Under the pieces are notes generated by a model, which made no database searches, had not been told where the DNA came from, and was given only the letters and a program-made list of their open reading frames with translations. Shown here piece after piece: positions 54,684 to 62,993 of a stretch of DNA of 64,000 nt (the stretch's first letter is position 1; each line of letters starts with the position of its first letter). Source of the DNA: an uncultured Spirochaetota bacterium (GTDB lineage Bacteria > Spirochaetota > Spirochaetia > SZUA-6 > Fen-1364). The stretch spans positions 434,821 to 498,820 of the forward strand of contig CAVYIU010000009.1 in assembly GCA_963768665.1 (NCBI GenBank), read 5' to 3'. A program made the position numbers and the translations under genes.

Positions 54684-54929
54684 ATGAAAAGAACGCAGGT
54701 CCAGATACCTGATCCACTCTACCGCGAAGTCAAGCGGGTGGCAGATCTTCAGGATTGGAGCGTCTCTGAGGTATTCAGACGTGCTGCCGAGCTGCTGGTG
54801 GCTCAGTTCCCTCCCCATAAGCAGCAGGGCGCCTGGACTCTCCCGGTTCCCCGAAAAATGGGCTTGCGGTTGATCCCCCCGGCGGACTGGGGGGACCAAC
54901 TGACGGCGGATGAAGCGGGTCGCGCGTAG
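54684..54929 (+). CDS. type II antitoxin (RHH/CopG-like) (pair 2)
   Basis: MKRTQVQIPDPLYREVKRVADLQDWSVSEVFRRAAELLV is a RHH antitoxin pattern. It is followed 10 nt later by a PIN gene. Confidence 0.6.
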   Translation: MKRTQVQIPDPLYREVKRVADLQDWSVSEVFRRAAELLVAQFPPHKQQGAWTLPVPRKMGLRLIPPADWGDQLTADEAGRA

Positions 54930-54938
54930 GCAGCACCG

Positions 54939-55373
54939 ATGATTTCAGTGGACGCGAACATTATGGTCTACGCGCTGAACGAAAACATGCCGGAACAGCA
55001 GCGGGCGTGGAACCTTCTCCTCGATCTGAGCGCGCGTGATGACGTGGTGATCGCGGAGCAGGTGCTCGTCGAAGTCTACCTGCTGATTCGCAACCCCGTC
55101 GTGTTTCCCCGGCCTTGCTCGTCAGAAGATGCTGCGCAGGTCTGCCAGGTTTTCCGATCGAATCCCAGGTGGAGGCTGGTCGACTGCGCGCCCGTGATGG
55201 ACGATGTGTGGCGCCATGCCGCAGCACCATCATTCGCGCGTCGCCGAATCATCGATGCGCGGCTTGCTCTGACACTGCGAGCAGCCGGAGTAACAGAGTT
55301 CGCCACTCAAAATGCAAAGGATTTTGCGGAATTCGGTTTCGATCGCGTCTGGGACCCGCTGGAGCAGGAGTAG
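54939..55373 (+). CDS. vapC: type II toxin, PIN-domain VapC (pair 2)
   Basis: MISVDANIMVYAL has the PIN N-terminal Asp. 144 aa. Confidence 0.7.
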   Translation: MISVDANIMVYALNENMPEQQRAWNLLLDLSARDDVVIAEQVLVEVYLLIRNPVVFPRPCSSEDAAQVCQVFRSNPRWRLVDCAPVMDDVWRHAAAPSFARRRIIDARLALTLRAAGVTEFATQNAKDFAEFGFDRVWDPLEQE

Positions 55374-55440
55374 CCCGGCAACTGACAGCCGGGCTACTGC
55401 AGCTTGAATATTCCCCGGTATTCGGCTAAGCAGAGCGGAC

Positions 55441-56625
55441 ATGGAAAGCGAACGCGTCAGGCTGACAGTTGGTGAGAGAGAGCTGATCCTCGTGGGCACG
55501 GCACACGTTTCGCGTGACAGCGTGGACGAGGTGAAGGCCGTCATCGCCGAGGAAAAGCCTGACCGGGTGTGCGTCGAGCTTGACGACGGGCGGCACACCT
55601 CGATGAGCCAGGGAACGAGCTGGCAGAATCTCAACATCGGGAAGGTAATCCGGGAGGGGAAGGGGTTCCTCCTGATGGCGAACCTCGTCCTGGCTTCCTT
55701 CCAGCGCAGGCTGGGACGCGACCTTGGCGTGAAGCCTGGCGAGGAAATGCTTGCCGCCGTGCAGGCTGCCCAGGAGCTGGGGATCCCCTATTCGCTCTGC
55801 GATCGGACCATCCAGGTCACCCTGCGCCGCGCGTGGGGGAAGACTGGCTTTTGGGGCAAGATGAAGATGATCTCCGCGATGCTGGCCTCGGTCTTCACGA
55901 ACGAGAAGCTCACGGCGGAAGACATCGAGAAGCTCAAGCAGAAGGACGTGCTGCAGAGCATGATGGAGGAGCTCGCCGACTTCCTGCCTGCGGCCAAGGC
56001 GGTCCTGATCGATGAGCGCGACCTGTACCTCGCCGCGCGCATCCTGGAGGCCCCGGGGCGCAAGGTCGTGGCGGTCGTGGGCGCCGGGCACATGGCAGGC
56101 ATCGTGCGGCAGATCAACGAGCTGGCCGCTCGCAAGGAACCCATCGATCTTGCTCCCCTGGATGAGCTGCCGACGCGCGGCCTGGTCAGCAGGATAATCC
56201 CCTGGACCATCCCCGCCGCCATTGTCGTCATCTTCGGCCTGGGGTTCCTTCGAGCCGGTTGGGTCAAGGGCCTGGACCTTTTTCTCCTCTGGGTGGTGGT
56301 GCACGGAGGCCTGGCTGCTATTGGGTCCCTCCTGGCATTGGCGCACCCGCTGACTATCCTGGTGGCGTTCGTCGGCGCGCCTATCGGCACGTTCAACCCG
56401 TTCGGGAAGATCGGGCTCTTTACCGGCTTGTCGGAAGCCTTTCTCCGAAAGCCACGCGTAAGAGACGTGGAAAGCCTGACCGACGACGTGCTCACTTTCA
56501 AGGGCTTCTACACCAACAGGGTCACCCACATCCTGATAGTCTTCTTCCTGTCCACGCTTGGCGCAGCCATCGGCAACCTTGTGGCCTTTCCTCTCCTCGC
56601 GACGCGCCTTTTCGGGGGAACCTGA
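55441..56625 (+). CDS. TraB/GumN-family protein
   Basis: LILVGTAHVSRDSVDEVKAVIAEEKPDRVCVELD and GAGHMAGIV are TraB-family motifs. C-terminal TM helices. Confidence 0.65.
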   Translation: MESERVRLTVGERELILVGTAHVSRDSVDEVKAVIAEEKPDRVCVELDDGRHTSMSQGTSWQNLNIGKVIREGKGFLLMANLVLASFQRRLGRDLGVKPGEEMLAAVQAAQELGIPYSLCDRTIQVTLRRAWGKTGFWGKMKMISAMLASVFTNEKLTAEDIEKLKQKDVLQSMMEELADFLPAAKAVLIDERDLYLAARILEAPGRKVVAVVGAGHMAGIVRQINELAARKEPIDLAPLDELPTRGLVSRIIPWTIPAAIVVIFGLGFLRAGWVKGLDLFLLWVVVHGGLAAIGSLLALAHPLTILVAFVGAPIGTFNPFGKIGLFTGLSEAFLRKPRVRDVESLTDDVLTFKGFYTNRVTHILIVFFLSTLGAAIGNLVAFPLLATRLFGGT

Positions 56626-56645
56626 ACCAGTACGCACGTACGGTG

Positions 56646-56674
56646 TTGACATAGCGTACGTACGTTGTTACAAT
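56646..56674 (+). promoter_or_regulatory. consensus sigma70-type promoter (TTGACA-17 nt-TACAAT) with flanking GTACG palindromes, driving a near-leaderless antitoxin transcript
   Basis: Exact -35 TTGACA (56646-51), 17-nt spacer, exact -10 TACAAT (56669-74). The ATG at 56681 lies about 7 nt downstream. GTACGCACGTAC and CGTACGTACG palindromes overlap the -35 and spacer. Confidence 0.55.
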
Positions 56675-56680
56675 CGTGGA

Positions 56681-56920
56681 ATGAAGAAGCTCAGCGCTAC
56701 CAAGTTGCGGGAAAATCTCTATGCAGTGCTGGACGAGGTGCTCGAAACGGGGTCGGCGACAATAGTCGAGCGGAAAGGTCGACTGATCAGGATCGTCCCC
56801 GATTCAGCCCCCAGCAGGATATCCAGGCTCGAGCGGCACGATACCATCGTTGGTGACCCGGATGACCTGGTACATCTCGATTGGTCATCGACCTGGGGTG
56901 GGGAAGTGACGCTGTCGTGA
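56681..56920 (+). CDS. type II antitoxin, Phd/YefM family (pair 3)
   Basis: MKKLSATKLRENLYAVLDEVLETGSATIVERKGRLIRIVP matches the Phd/YefM N-terminus. GTGA overlap with the downstream PIN gene. Confidence 0.65.
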   Translation: MKKLSATKLRENLYAVLDEVLETGSATIVERKGRLIRIVPDSAPSRISRLERHDTIVGDPDDLVHLDWSSTWGGEVTLS

Positions 56921-57291
56921 TTCACCTCGACACTCACGTGGTGGTCTGGCTGTACCAGGGCGCGGCCGAGCGTTTCCCTGCGTCAGTGCGTGCAACGCTA
57001 GATACAGAGCCGCTGGCAATTTCTCCGATCGTTCTGCTCGAGATGGCGTACTTGCAGGAGATCGGCCGGATCCGAGCCTCGGCAGGAGAGATATTCGCTT
57101 ACCTCCACGAGGCAATCGGCCTGGATCAGGACCCCACATCATTTTCGGCGGTCGTCGCGCGTTCTCTTGGCCAGACGTGGACCCGTGATCCTTTTGACCG
57201 AATCATCGTGGCTCAATCCATCGCGGCTGGAGTCGGGCTCCTTACGCGTGATGAGGAGATCCGGAGGCACTTTTCCTTCGCCGTGTGGTAA
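56917..57291 (+). CDS. vapC: type II toxin, PIN-domain VapC (pair 3)
   Basis: VIHLDTHVVVWL ... ILLEMAYLQE ... THDPFDRIIVAQS PIN pattern. GTG start overlaps the antitoxin stop. Confidence 0.7.
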   Translation: MIHLDTHVVVWLYQGAAERFPASVRATLDTEPLAISPIVLLEMAYLQEIGRIRASAGEIFAYLHEAIGLDQDPTSFSAVVARSLGQTWTRDPFDRIIVAQSIAAGVGLLTRDEEIRRHFSFAVW

Positions 57292-57355
57292 TTCTCTTGC
57301 GCAATCCGGTCGGCTGATTTATTGTCCAGCATCAGAAAAGTCAAGGAGATGAAAA

Positions 57356-58231
57356 ATGAAAAAGGCTCTTCTCGTCGGCATCAATGACTACCCCGGTTCC
57401 CAGAATGATCTCCACGGATGCGTGAACGACATTACCAATGTCTATGACGTGCTCGTGAAGTACTTCGATTTCGCATCCACGGACGTGGCGCTGCTGCAGG
57501 ACAAGCGGGCCACGAAGGCGGCCATCCTGGACGGGCTGAAGGCGCTGGTGGCGCGCGCGGCGAGCGGCGACACCCTTGTCTTCCACTACTCGGGCCACGG
57601 CTCGCAGGTCAGGGACACGGAGGGAGACGAGCTTGCGGACGGCTTGGACGAGATCATCTGTCCCGTGGATTTCGATTGGGATGGCGGTTTCATCAAGGAT
57701 GACGATTTCGCCTCGCTTTTCTCCGAGCTCAAGAAGGGTATCGCGCTGGAAGTGATCCTCGACTCCTGCCATTCGGGAACCGGCACCCGGGAACTGATCC
57801 TGGACAGGACGACCCTTGGATGTGTGTCGGCCGCGGGGGCAGCGCTCTTGCTGGACGAGCAGGCCCTCTGGTCGAGCAGCCACTGCATCAGGCCGCGCTA
57901 CCTGCGGCCGCCTGCGGATATAGCGCACCGCGCTGACGAGGTGTTCGGCGGAGAGCTGAAGCGCACGCGGGCAGGGGAGGAAGTCGCCCTCAACCACGTG
58001 TTGTGGTCCGCATGCAAGTCGGACCAGTACTCGGCGGACGCGGACATCGGGGGAAAGCCGGCAGGCGCGTTCAGCTACTACTTCTGCCGCCACATCAGGG
58101 ACACGGCCGGAAAAGCCACCCGTTCCGAGCTGTTGAAGCTCGTCCGCGCGTCGCTGAAGCATGAAGGGTTTTCGCAGGTGCCTCAGCTGGAATGCGCGGC
58201 TTCCCGGAAACAGGCAGGCATCTTCAGCTGA
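57356..58231 (+). CDS. caspase-family peptidase (C14; bacterial orthocaspase/metacaspase-like)
   Basis: RBS AAGGAG. KKALLVGINDYPGSQNDLHGCVNDI. Catalytic His in HYSGHGSQ and catalytic Cys in DSCHSGT. Confidence 0.75.
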   Translation: MKKALLVGINDYPGSQNDLHGCVNDITNVYDVLVKYFDFASTDVALLQDKRATKAAILDGLKALVARAASGDTLVFHYSGHGSQVRDTEGDELADGLDEIICPVDFDWDGGFIKDDDFASLFSELKKGIALEVILDSCHSGTGTRELILDRTTLGCVSAAGAALLLDEQALWSSSHCIRPRYLRPPADIAHRADEVFGGELKRTRAGEEVALNHVLWSACKSDQYSADADIGGKPAGAFSYYFCRHIRDTAGKATRSELLKLVRASLKHEGFSQVPQLECAASRKQAGIFS

Positions 58232-58305
58232 GAGGGGTTGGGTGGGGCGGGCGGCGCCGGCGGTCTGGCCGCAGTGCCACGCAGGCGCGAGATGTCAGTC
58301 GTCGC

Positions 58306-58815
58306 TCATCCGGTCCGGTATCGGTAGACGTTCCCCTGGACACGCTCCGGGCGGAGTCCCGGAAACCGCCAGTAATGGGACACCACGCGGCTGCCGGGCT
58401 TGAGCTCTTTCTGCAGTTTTGCCTCGAGCCTTCCCATGACGAATCCCACTTGGAACACGGTGATCACGCCGTACCGGGACAGGTCGCATCTCCAGAAGCT
58501 GCCCCAGTGAATGTAGGCGCGCCCCTGGAGGCCGTTCTCCCTGATGTTGCGCCGCGAGCGGGCCACGAGGAACGGGTTGACCTCGTACCCGTGGGCTTCT
58601 GCTCCGCGCTGGGCGAGGGCGATGACAACGCGTCCGTCACCGGATCCGAGATCGGCGGCGACATCGCCCTGCGTGATATCGGCGATCTCCGCCATGACGC
58701 GGGTTTCTTCCGCGCTGCTGGGGTCATAGATGGCTCCGCGGCCAAGGGGAAAAAAAACGAAAAACACCAGGTAGGCTGCCACGGCGATGATGGCGAGCGT
58801 CACGAGCGCTGTCAT
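58306..58815 (-). CDS. small membrane-anchored class I SAM-dependent methyltransferase
   Basis: N-terminal TM helix, then motif I VAADLGSGDGRVVIALAQRG. 169 aa. Confidence 0.55.
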   Translation of the reverse strand: MTALVTLAIIAVAAYLVFFVFFPLGRGAIYDPSSAEETRVMAEIADITQGDVAADLGSGDGRVVIALAQRGAEAHGYEVNPFLVARSRRNIRENGLQGRAYIHWGSFWRCDLSRYGVITVFQVGFVMGRLEAKLQKELKPGSRVVSHYWRFPGLRPERVQGNVYRYRTG

Positions 58816-58985
58816 TGGCGGCTACTCTATCAAGGATTGGCCATGCCGTACAGCGGAGGAAGGCGGGCCTGTCGGCTCGCCCTGCGCCTTCATTCACACT
58901 GAAGCCTCCGAAAACCCGCAATTGTCTTCGTGAGGAACCGGCCGAGGGATGCTGCCTTTACATGGCTATCTATATGGCCTACTTT

Positions 58986-59240
58986 ATGGTCATGATTATT
59001 GCTAATATCGCGGACTTCAAGAATCGAATCAGCGAGATGATTTCCGCCGTGGAGAATGGTGAGGAGATCGAATTGCGCAAGCGTAACGTGCCGGTGGCTC
59101 GCATCCTCCCTGTGGCCAGGACAACTGAAAACAGGACCCAACTCGGCTGCGGGAGAAAAACGGGGAAGATCCTCGGGGACATCACGAAACCGCTGATGCC
59201 GGAGCAGGACTGGCAGATGCTTCGGACGGACGACACGTGA
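58986..59240 (+). CDS. type II antitoxin, Phd/YefM family (pair 4)
   Basis: MVMIIANIADFKNRISEMISAVENGEEIELRKRNVPVARILPV. It sits in a locally AT-rich stretch. GTGA overlap with the downstream PIN gene. Confidence 0.6.
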   Translation: MVMIIANIADFKNRISEMISAVENGEEIELRKRNVPVARILPVARTTENRTQLGCGRKTGKILGDITKPLMPEQDWQMLRTDDT

Positions 59241-59629
59241 AGATTGTCCTGGACACGTGCGCAGTGCTTTGGGCGGTTCTCGACCCGGAGAAACTGAGCA
59301 CCGCGGCGAAGCAGGTACTCACGGAGGTCTCGACCGAAGTGTACGTCTCCGCCATAAGTTGTGCGGAGATCGCCTGCGGCGTGGAGCGGAAACGCCTCGA
59401 GCTTGACCGCCATTGGAAACCGTGGTTCAGGCATTTTACCCAGTTGAACGGCTGGCGGGTCGTGCCCATGGAGCCGGCTACCGTTGAGGAGGCCTATTCT
59501 CTTCCCGAATATGCGCAGCGCGACCCGGCGGATCGCCTGATCGTGGCCACGGCGCGCATCCTCCGGTGCGCCGTAGTCACAGCGGACAGGTTGATGCAGG
59601 CGTACCCTCACGTGGACTGCGTCTGGTAA
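59237..59629 (+). CDS. vapC: type II toxin, PIN-domain VapC (pair 4)
   Basis: KIVLDTCAVLWAVLDPEKLS ... DPADRLIVATARILRCAVVTAD is a canonical VapC pattern. Confidence 0.75.
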   Translation: MKIVLDTCAVLWAVLDPEKLSTAAKQVLTEVSTEVYVSAISCAEIACGVERKRLELDRHWKPWFRHFTQLNGWRVVPMEPATVEEAYSLPEYAQRDPADRLIVATARILRCAVVTADRLMQAYPHVDCVW

Positions 59630-59852
59630 GGTCCGTGGGAAGCCACGCTGGGCGGTGAACGCAGTCGCCCAGCCGTGAAGGCGGCCGCACCATCCACTCC
59701 CTGCGCGCTCTCGGCTGCTCTCCTCCTTTACCCGGCCGCGGGTGTCTGCTATGCTTGGCCAGCGTCAAGGGAAAGGTCGACGGGGTCTGATCGTCGAAGC
59801 GCCTAAGTGGTGATCAGACGCGCAAATGGCAGTGCATTAAAAAGGAAACATC

Positions 59853-60128
59853 GTGCAGGAGACTCTCAGAACTGCAATCACGGCATTCTGCGACAACAGC
59901 GAAGAGTGGTTCTCGGGCAAGGATATTCTTTTGTTTGTCAGGGAGCTTCGAGGCATTCTCGACGCCCACCCCGCAGAGCAAGAATCCGCAGTCGACGATA
60001 TCGCCGTCGGGAAGGTGCTCGATTCGATGATCAAGGCGACCGAGAAGGCCTCGAGCGCCCTGCGGGCTGCAGCCGCGGAGTTGGACAAAGCAATCGAACA
60101 GGCGAAGAACACGCTCGCCTCCCGCTGA
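59853..60128 (+). CDS. hypothetical small protein
   Basis: 91-aa ORF after a purine-rich RBS. Predicted helical. No domain recognised. Confidence 0.35.
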   Translation: MQETLRTAITAFCDNSEEWFSGKDILLFVRELRGILDAHPAEQESAVDDIAVGKVLDSMIKATEKASSALRAAAAELDKAIEQAKNTLASR

Positions 60129-60269
60129 TTCGTGCGTCTCCATTTCAGGATGTTCGCATGACATCTCCCACGTGCACGGCAAGCATGATGATGGGTATCG
60201 CCGCAAGCAGATGAACATCATGGGTGAATTGCAGGCCGCAGGGGTATCCCGCGCACACAGGAGGAAAAC

Positions 60270-61835
60270 ATGAATCGATTCCACAGACGGCCGCAACTGG
60301 CGTTCCTGATTGTTTTTACGTTCCTCGCGATACCGCCGGTGGGCGCTGTGGCGGCAACCACGGGAGGGCCGAGCCTCGTGTTCGATCCGAGCGCATTCAC
60401 CTTCAAGTCGTTGGCAGTGGACGGCACAACCGTCACCTTCCGTGCTTACGAAAACATCGTGTGCGTAAAGAATCCCGTCGACACCAGGTATGAGACCATC
60501 AACATCTACATTCCCACGCAATACTTCGAGGGCAAGTCCGTTGGCTCCTACAACGCGGACACCGCGCCGATCTTCCTGCCGAACTCGGTCGGCGGCTACA
60601 TGCCCGGACCCGCCGGTGGGCCGGGCATGGGCCGCGATGGCGGAGCGAATGCCGCCCTGGTGGCCCTGGCCAGGGGATACGTGGTGGCAGAGCCTGGCGC
60701 CCGGGGCCGTACGAATGTTGACGCGAATGGGACCTATACCGGCAAGGCTCCTGCCGCCATCGTCGATCTCAAGGCGGCGGTCCGCTACCTCCGTTTCAAC
60801 GACAAGGTCATGCCCGGCAACGCTGAAAAGATCGTTTCCAACGGAACAAGCGCGGGCGGTGCCCTCTCCGCCCTTCTGGGAGCCAGCGGCGACAACGCAG
60901 ACTATGAGCCGTACCTGAAGGCCCTCGGCGCGGCCGATACCCGCGACGACATCTATGCAGTCTCCGCGTACTGTCCCATCACGAATCTTGACAACGCCGA
61001 CGCGGCGTACGAGTGGTTGTTCAACGGAATCAATACGTACGCCCAGATGTCATTCCAGGCTCCGCCCTCGGGCGCAGATGCTGCTGGGATGCCTGTTGAC
61101 GCAGGCACTCCCCCCGCCGACGGGACGGCGGACCAGGGCGGCCCGAATGGAGCCGGCGCAACACAGGCGTCCTTGACTCCCGACCAGGTCATGCTGTCGA
61201 GCCTGCTGAAGGCCCGGTTCCCCGCGTACCTCAACAGCCTCGGGCTCAAGAAGAGCGACGGCTCCGCCCTGACCGTCGATGCGAACGGGAACGGATCGTT
61301 CAGGGACTACGTCAAATCCTTCGTAATTGCCTCCGCGCAGAAGGCGTTGAAAGCCGGCAAGGACCTGACTTCGCTCCCCTGGATCACGATCAAGAGCGGA
61401 GTCGTCAAAGATATCAACTTCGACAGCTACGTGGCCTACGCCACCCGCATGAAGACCCCCCCGGCTTTCGATGCGGTAGACCTCTCGAACCCCGAGAACC
61501 AGCTCTTCGGCACCGCCACTACCAATGCGCTTCACTTTACCCAGTTCGGGATGGACCACACGACCAATGGTGGGTCGCTCGCCAATTCCTCCATCGTGAA
61601 GATGATGAACGCTATGAACTACATCGGCACGAAGGGGACGACCACCGCGAAGTACTGGCGCATTCGGCACGGTACAGCGGACCGGGACACCTCGCTTGCC
61701 ATTCCCGTCATGCTGGCGACAAAGCTGTCGAACAACGGCGCCGCGGTCGACTTCGCAATGCCGTGGGCCCAGCCTCACAGCGGCGACTACGACCTGGATG
61801 AGCTCTTCGCCTGGATCGCCCAGGTCTGCAAGTGA
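60270..61835 (+). CDS. secreted alpha/beta hydrolase, subtype-B tannase-like esterase
   Basis: Signal peptide LAFLIVFTFLAIPPVGAVAA. Nucleophile elbow GTSAGG. The architecture resembles bacterial tannases/feruloyl esterases. 521 aa. Confidence 0.5.
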   Translation: MNRFHRRPQLAFLIVFTFLAIPPVGAVAATTGGPSLVFDPSAFTFKSLAVDGTTVTFRAYENIVCVKNPVDTRYETINIYIPTQYFEGKSVGSYNADTAPIFLPNSVGGYMPGPAGGPGMGRDGGANAALVALARGYVVAEPGARGRTNVDANGTYTGKAPAAIVDLKAAVRYLRFNDKVMPGNAEKIVSNGTSAGGALSALLGASGDNADYEPYLKALGAADTRDDIYAVSAYCPITNLDNADAAYEWLFNGINTYAQMSFQAPPSGADAAGMPVDAGTPPADGTADQGGPNGAGATQASLTPDQVMLSSLLKARFPAYLNSLGLKKSDGSALTVDANGNGSFRDYVKSFVIASAQKALKAGKDLTSLPWITIKSGVVKDINFDSYVAYATRMKTPPAFDAVDLSNPENQLFGTATTNALHFTQFGMDHTTNGGSLANSSIVKMMNAMNYIGTKGTTTAKYWRIRHGTADRDTSLAIPVMLATKLSNNGAAVDFAMPWAQPHSGDYDLDELFAWIAQVCK

Positions 61836-62065
61836 TCTGAAGTAGGCGCACCGGCGCCAATGATTCGATCCTGCGCCGGAGGCTGGTCGCTGATTTCTCA
61901 TGCGTCCTGTACACGGCCAGCAAACGGACAAGTCCGGACGACATTCGTCTGTCTGGTAAGCAGAGTGAACGGTTCACGGTACCGCATGTTCCCTCCTGGT
62001 CGCACAGGTGGTCACAGTCACCGCTACCCGATTCTACTCCGCTCCCCACATGCAATTATGTATAG

Positions 62066-62413
62066 TGGAGGTGGCGGGAGTCGAACCCGCGTCCTAGAGT
62101 GTTGACCAAGAACCTCTACAGGTTTATCCGCCTATTAGCACCTCGATGGGGAGTTTGGGAGGCGGCATCCCGTTCCCCGCCAAAGCCTGCTTTAGTGTCC
62201 CCTGCCGCCCACAGGCGTGCGGAAAGGTGAGTACCGGTTCGTTACAGGCACCCCTGGATGTTCGCTACCCGACTCCAAGGACCCGTCGTCGCAACTAAGC
62301 GGCGAGTGCGTAATCTGCGTTGTTGGCAGTTGTTTTTTTGCCATTTTTAGGAGACTGGCGCTCCACCTGCAGCCCAGGGCCGAACCGACCCCAGTCGAGA
62401 CCGTTGCACCCCC
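62066..62413 (-). ncRNA. ssrA: tmRNA (ssrA); tag reading frame encodes ANNADYALAA*
   Basis: On the minus strand, the 5' end GGGGGTGCAACGGTCTCGAC pairs with the 3' end CACCTCC-A. T-arm GCGGG-TTCGACT-CCCGC. Internal ORF ...GCC AAC AAC GCA GAT TAC GCA CTC GCC GCT TAG. CCA is not encoded. smpB is adjacent. Confidence 0.85.
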
Positions 62414-62516
62414 AGCAATTTCCCGAAGGGAAATTGCGAAGCGCGGCAGCTATTTGCGCAGCAAATAGCGAGAGCGCCTCATGACGGGCCAAGCGCGCGA
62501 ACCGGCGCGCCCGGGC

Positions 62517-62981
62517 TCACTTCACCCGGTACTCGCGCTCCAGTTCCCGCTTCTGGTCTCTCTTGCGAATGTCATCACGCTTGTCAAAGAGCTTCTTGCC
62601 CTTGGCTATGCCAAGCTCGCACTTCACTATTCCTCTTTTAAGGTAGAACTTCAAGGGAACCAGGGTCAAGCCTTTCTCGTCGACGAGCCGCTTCAGGCGC
62701 TTGATCTCCTTGCGGTGCACGAGGAGCTTCCTCTTCCGCAAGGGGTCGTGGTTGACCCTGTTGCCGAAGGCGTATGGTGTGACGTGGAGGTCGATGAGCC
62801 ACAGCTCGTCGTTCTGCACCAGCGCGTAGGAGTCGGCGAACGAGATGCGCCCGTCCTTGATGGACTTCACCTCTGTTCCCACGAGGGAGAGACCGCACTC
62901 GAACGTCTCGTCTATGGAGTAGTTGAACCGCGCCTTGCGGTTGACGCCGAGGACCTTTATGCCCCCGCCTTCTTTTGCCAT
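62517..62981 (-). CDS. smpB: SsrA-binding protein
   Basis: 154 aa. NRKARFNY, LVGTEVKSI and the basic C-terminal tail KRKLLVHRKEIKRL are SmpB signatures. Confidence 0.9.
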   Translation of the reverse strand: MAKEGGGIKVLGVNRKARFNYSIDETFECGLSLVGTEVKSIKDGRISFADSYALVQNDELWLIDLHVTPYAFGNRVNHDPLRKRKLLVHRKEIKRLKRLVDEKGLTLVPLKFYLKRGIVKCELGIAKGKKLFDKRDDIRKRDQKRELEREYRVK

Positions 62982-62993
62982 CGGTTACCCGGT

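Noticed and set aside
20234-62066. attR direct repeat of the tRNA-Asn 3' end or of the ssrA 3' end defining exact island limits
   Set aside because: I searched by eye for copies of GGTTCGAGTCCGTCC (tRNA-Asn) and GGGTTCGACTCCCGCC (ssrA) and found none. The boundaries therefore remain inferred from composition and gene content only.
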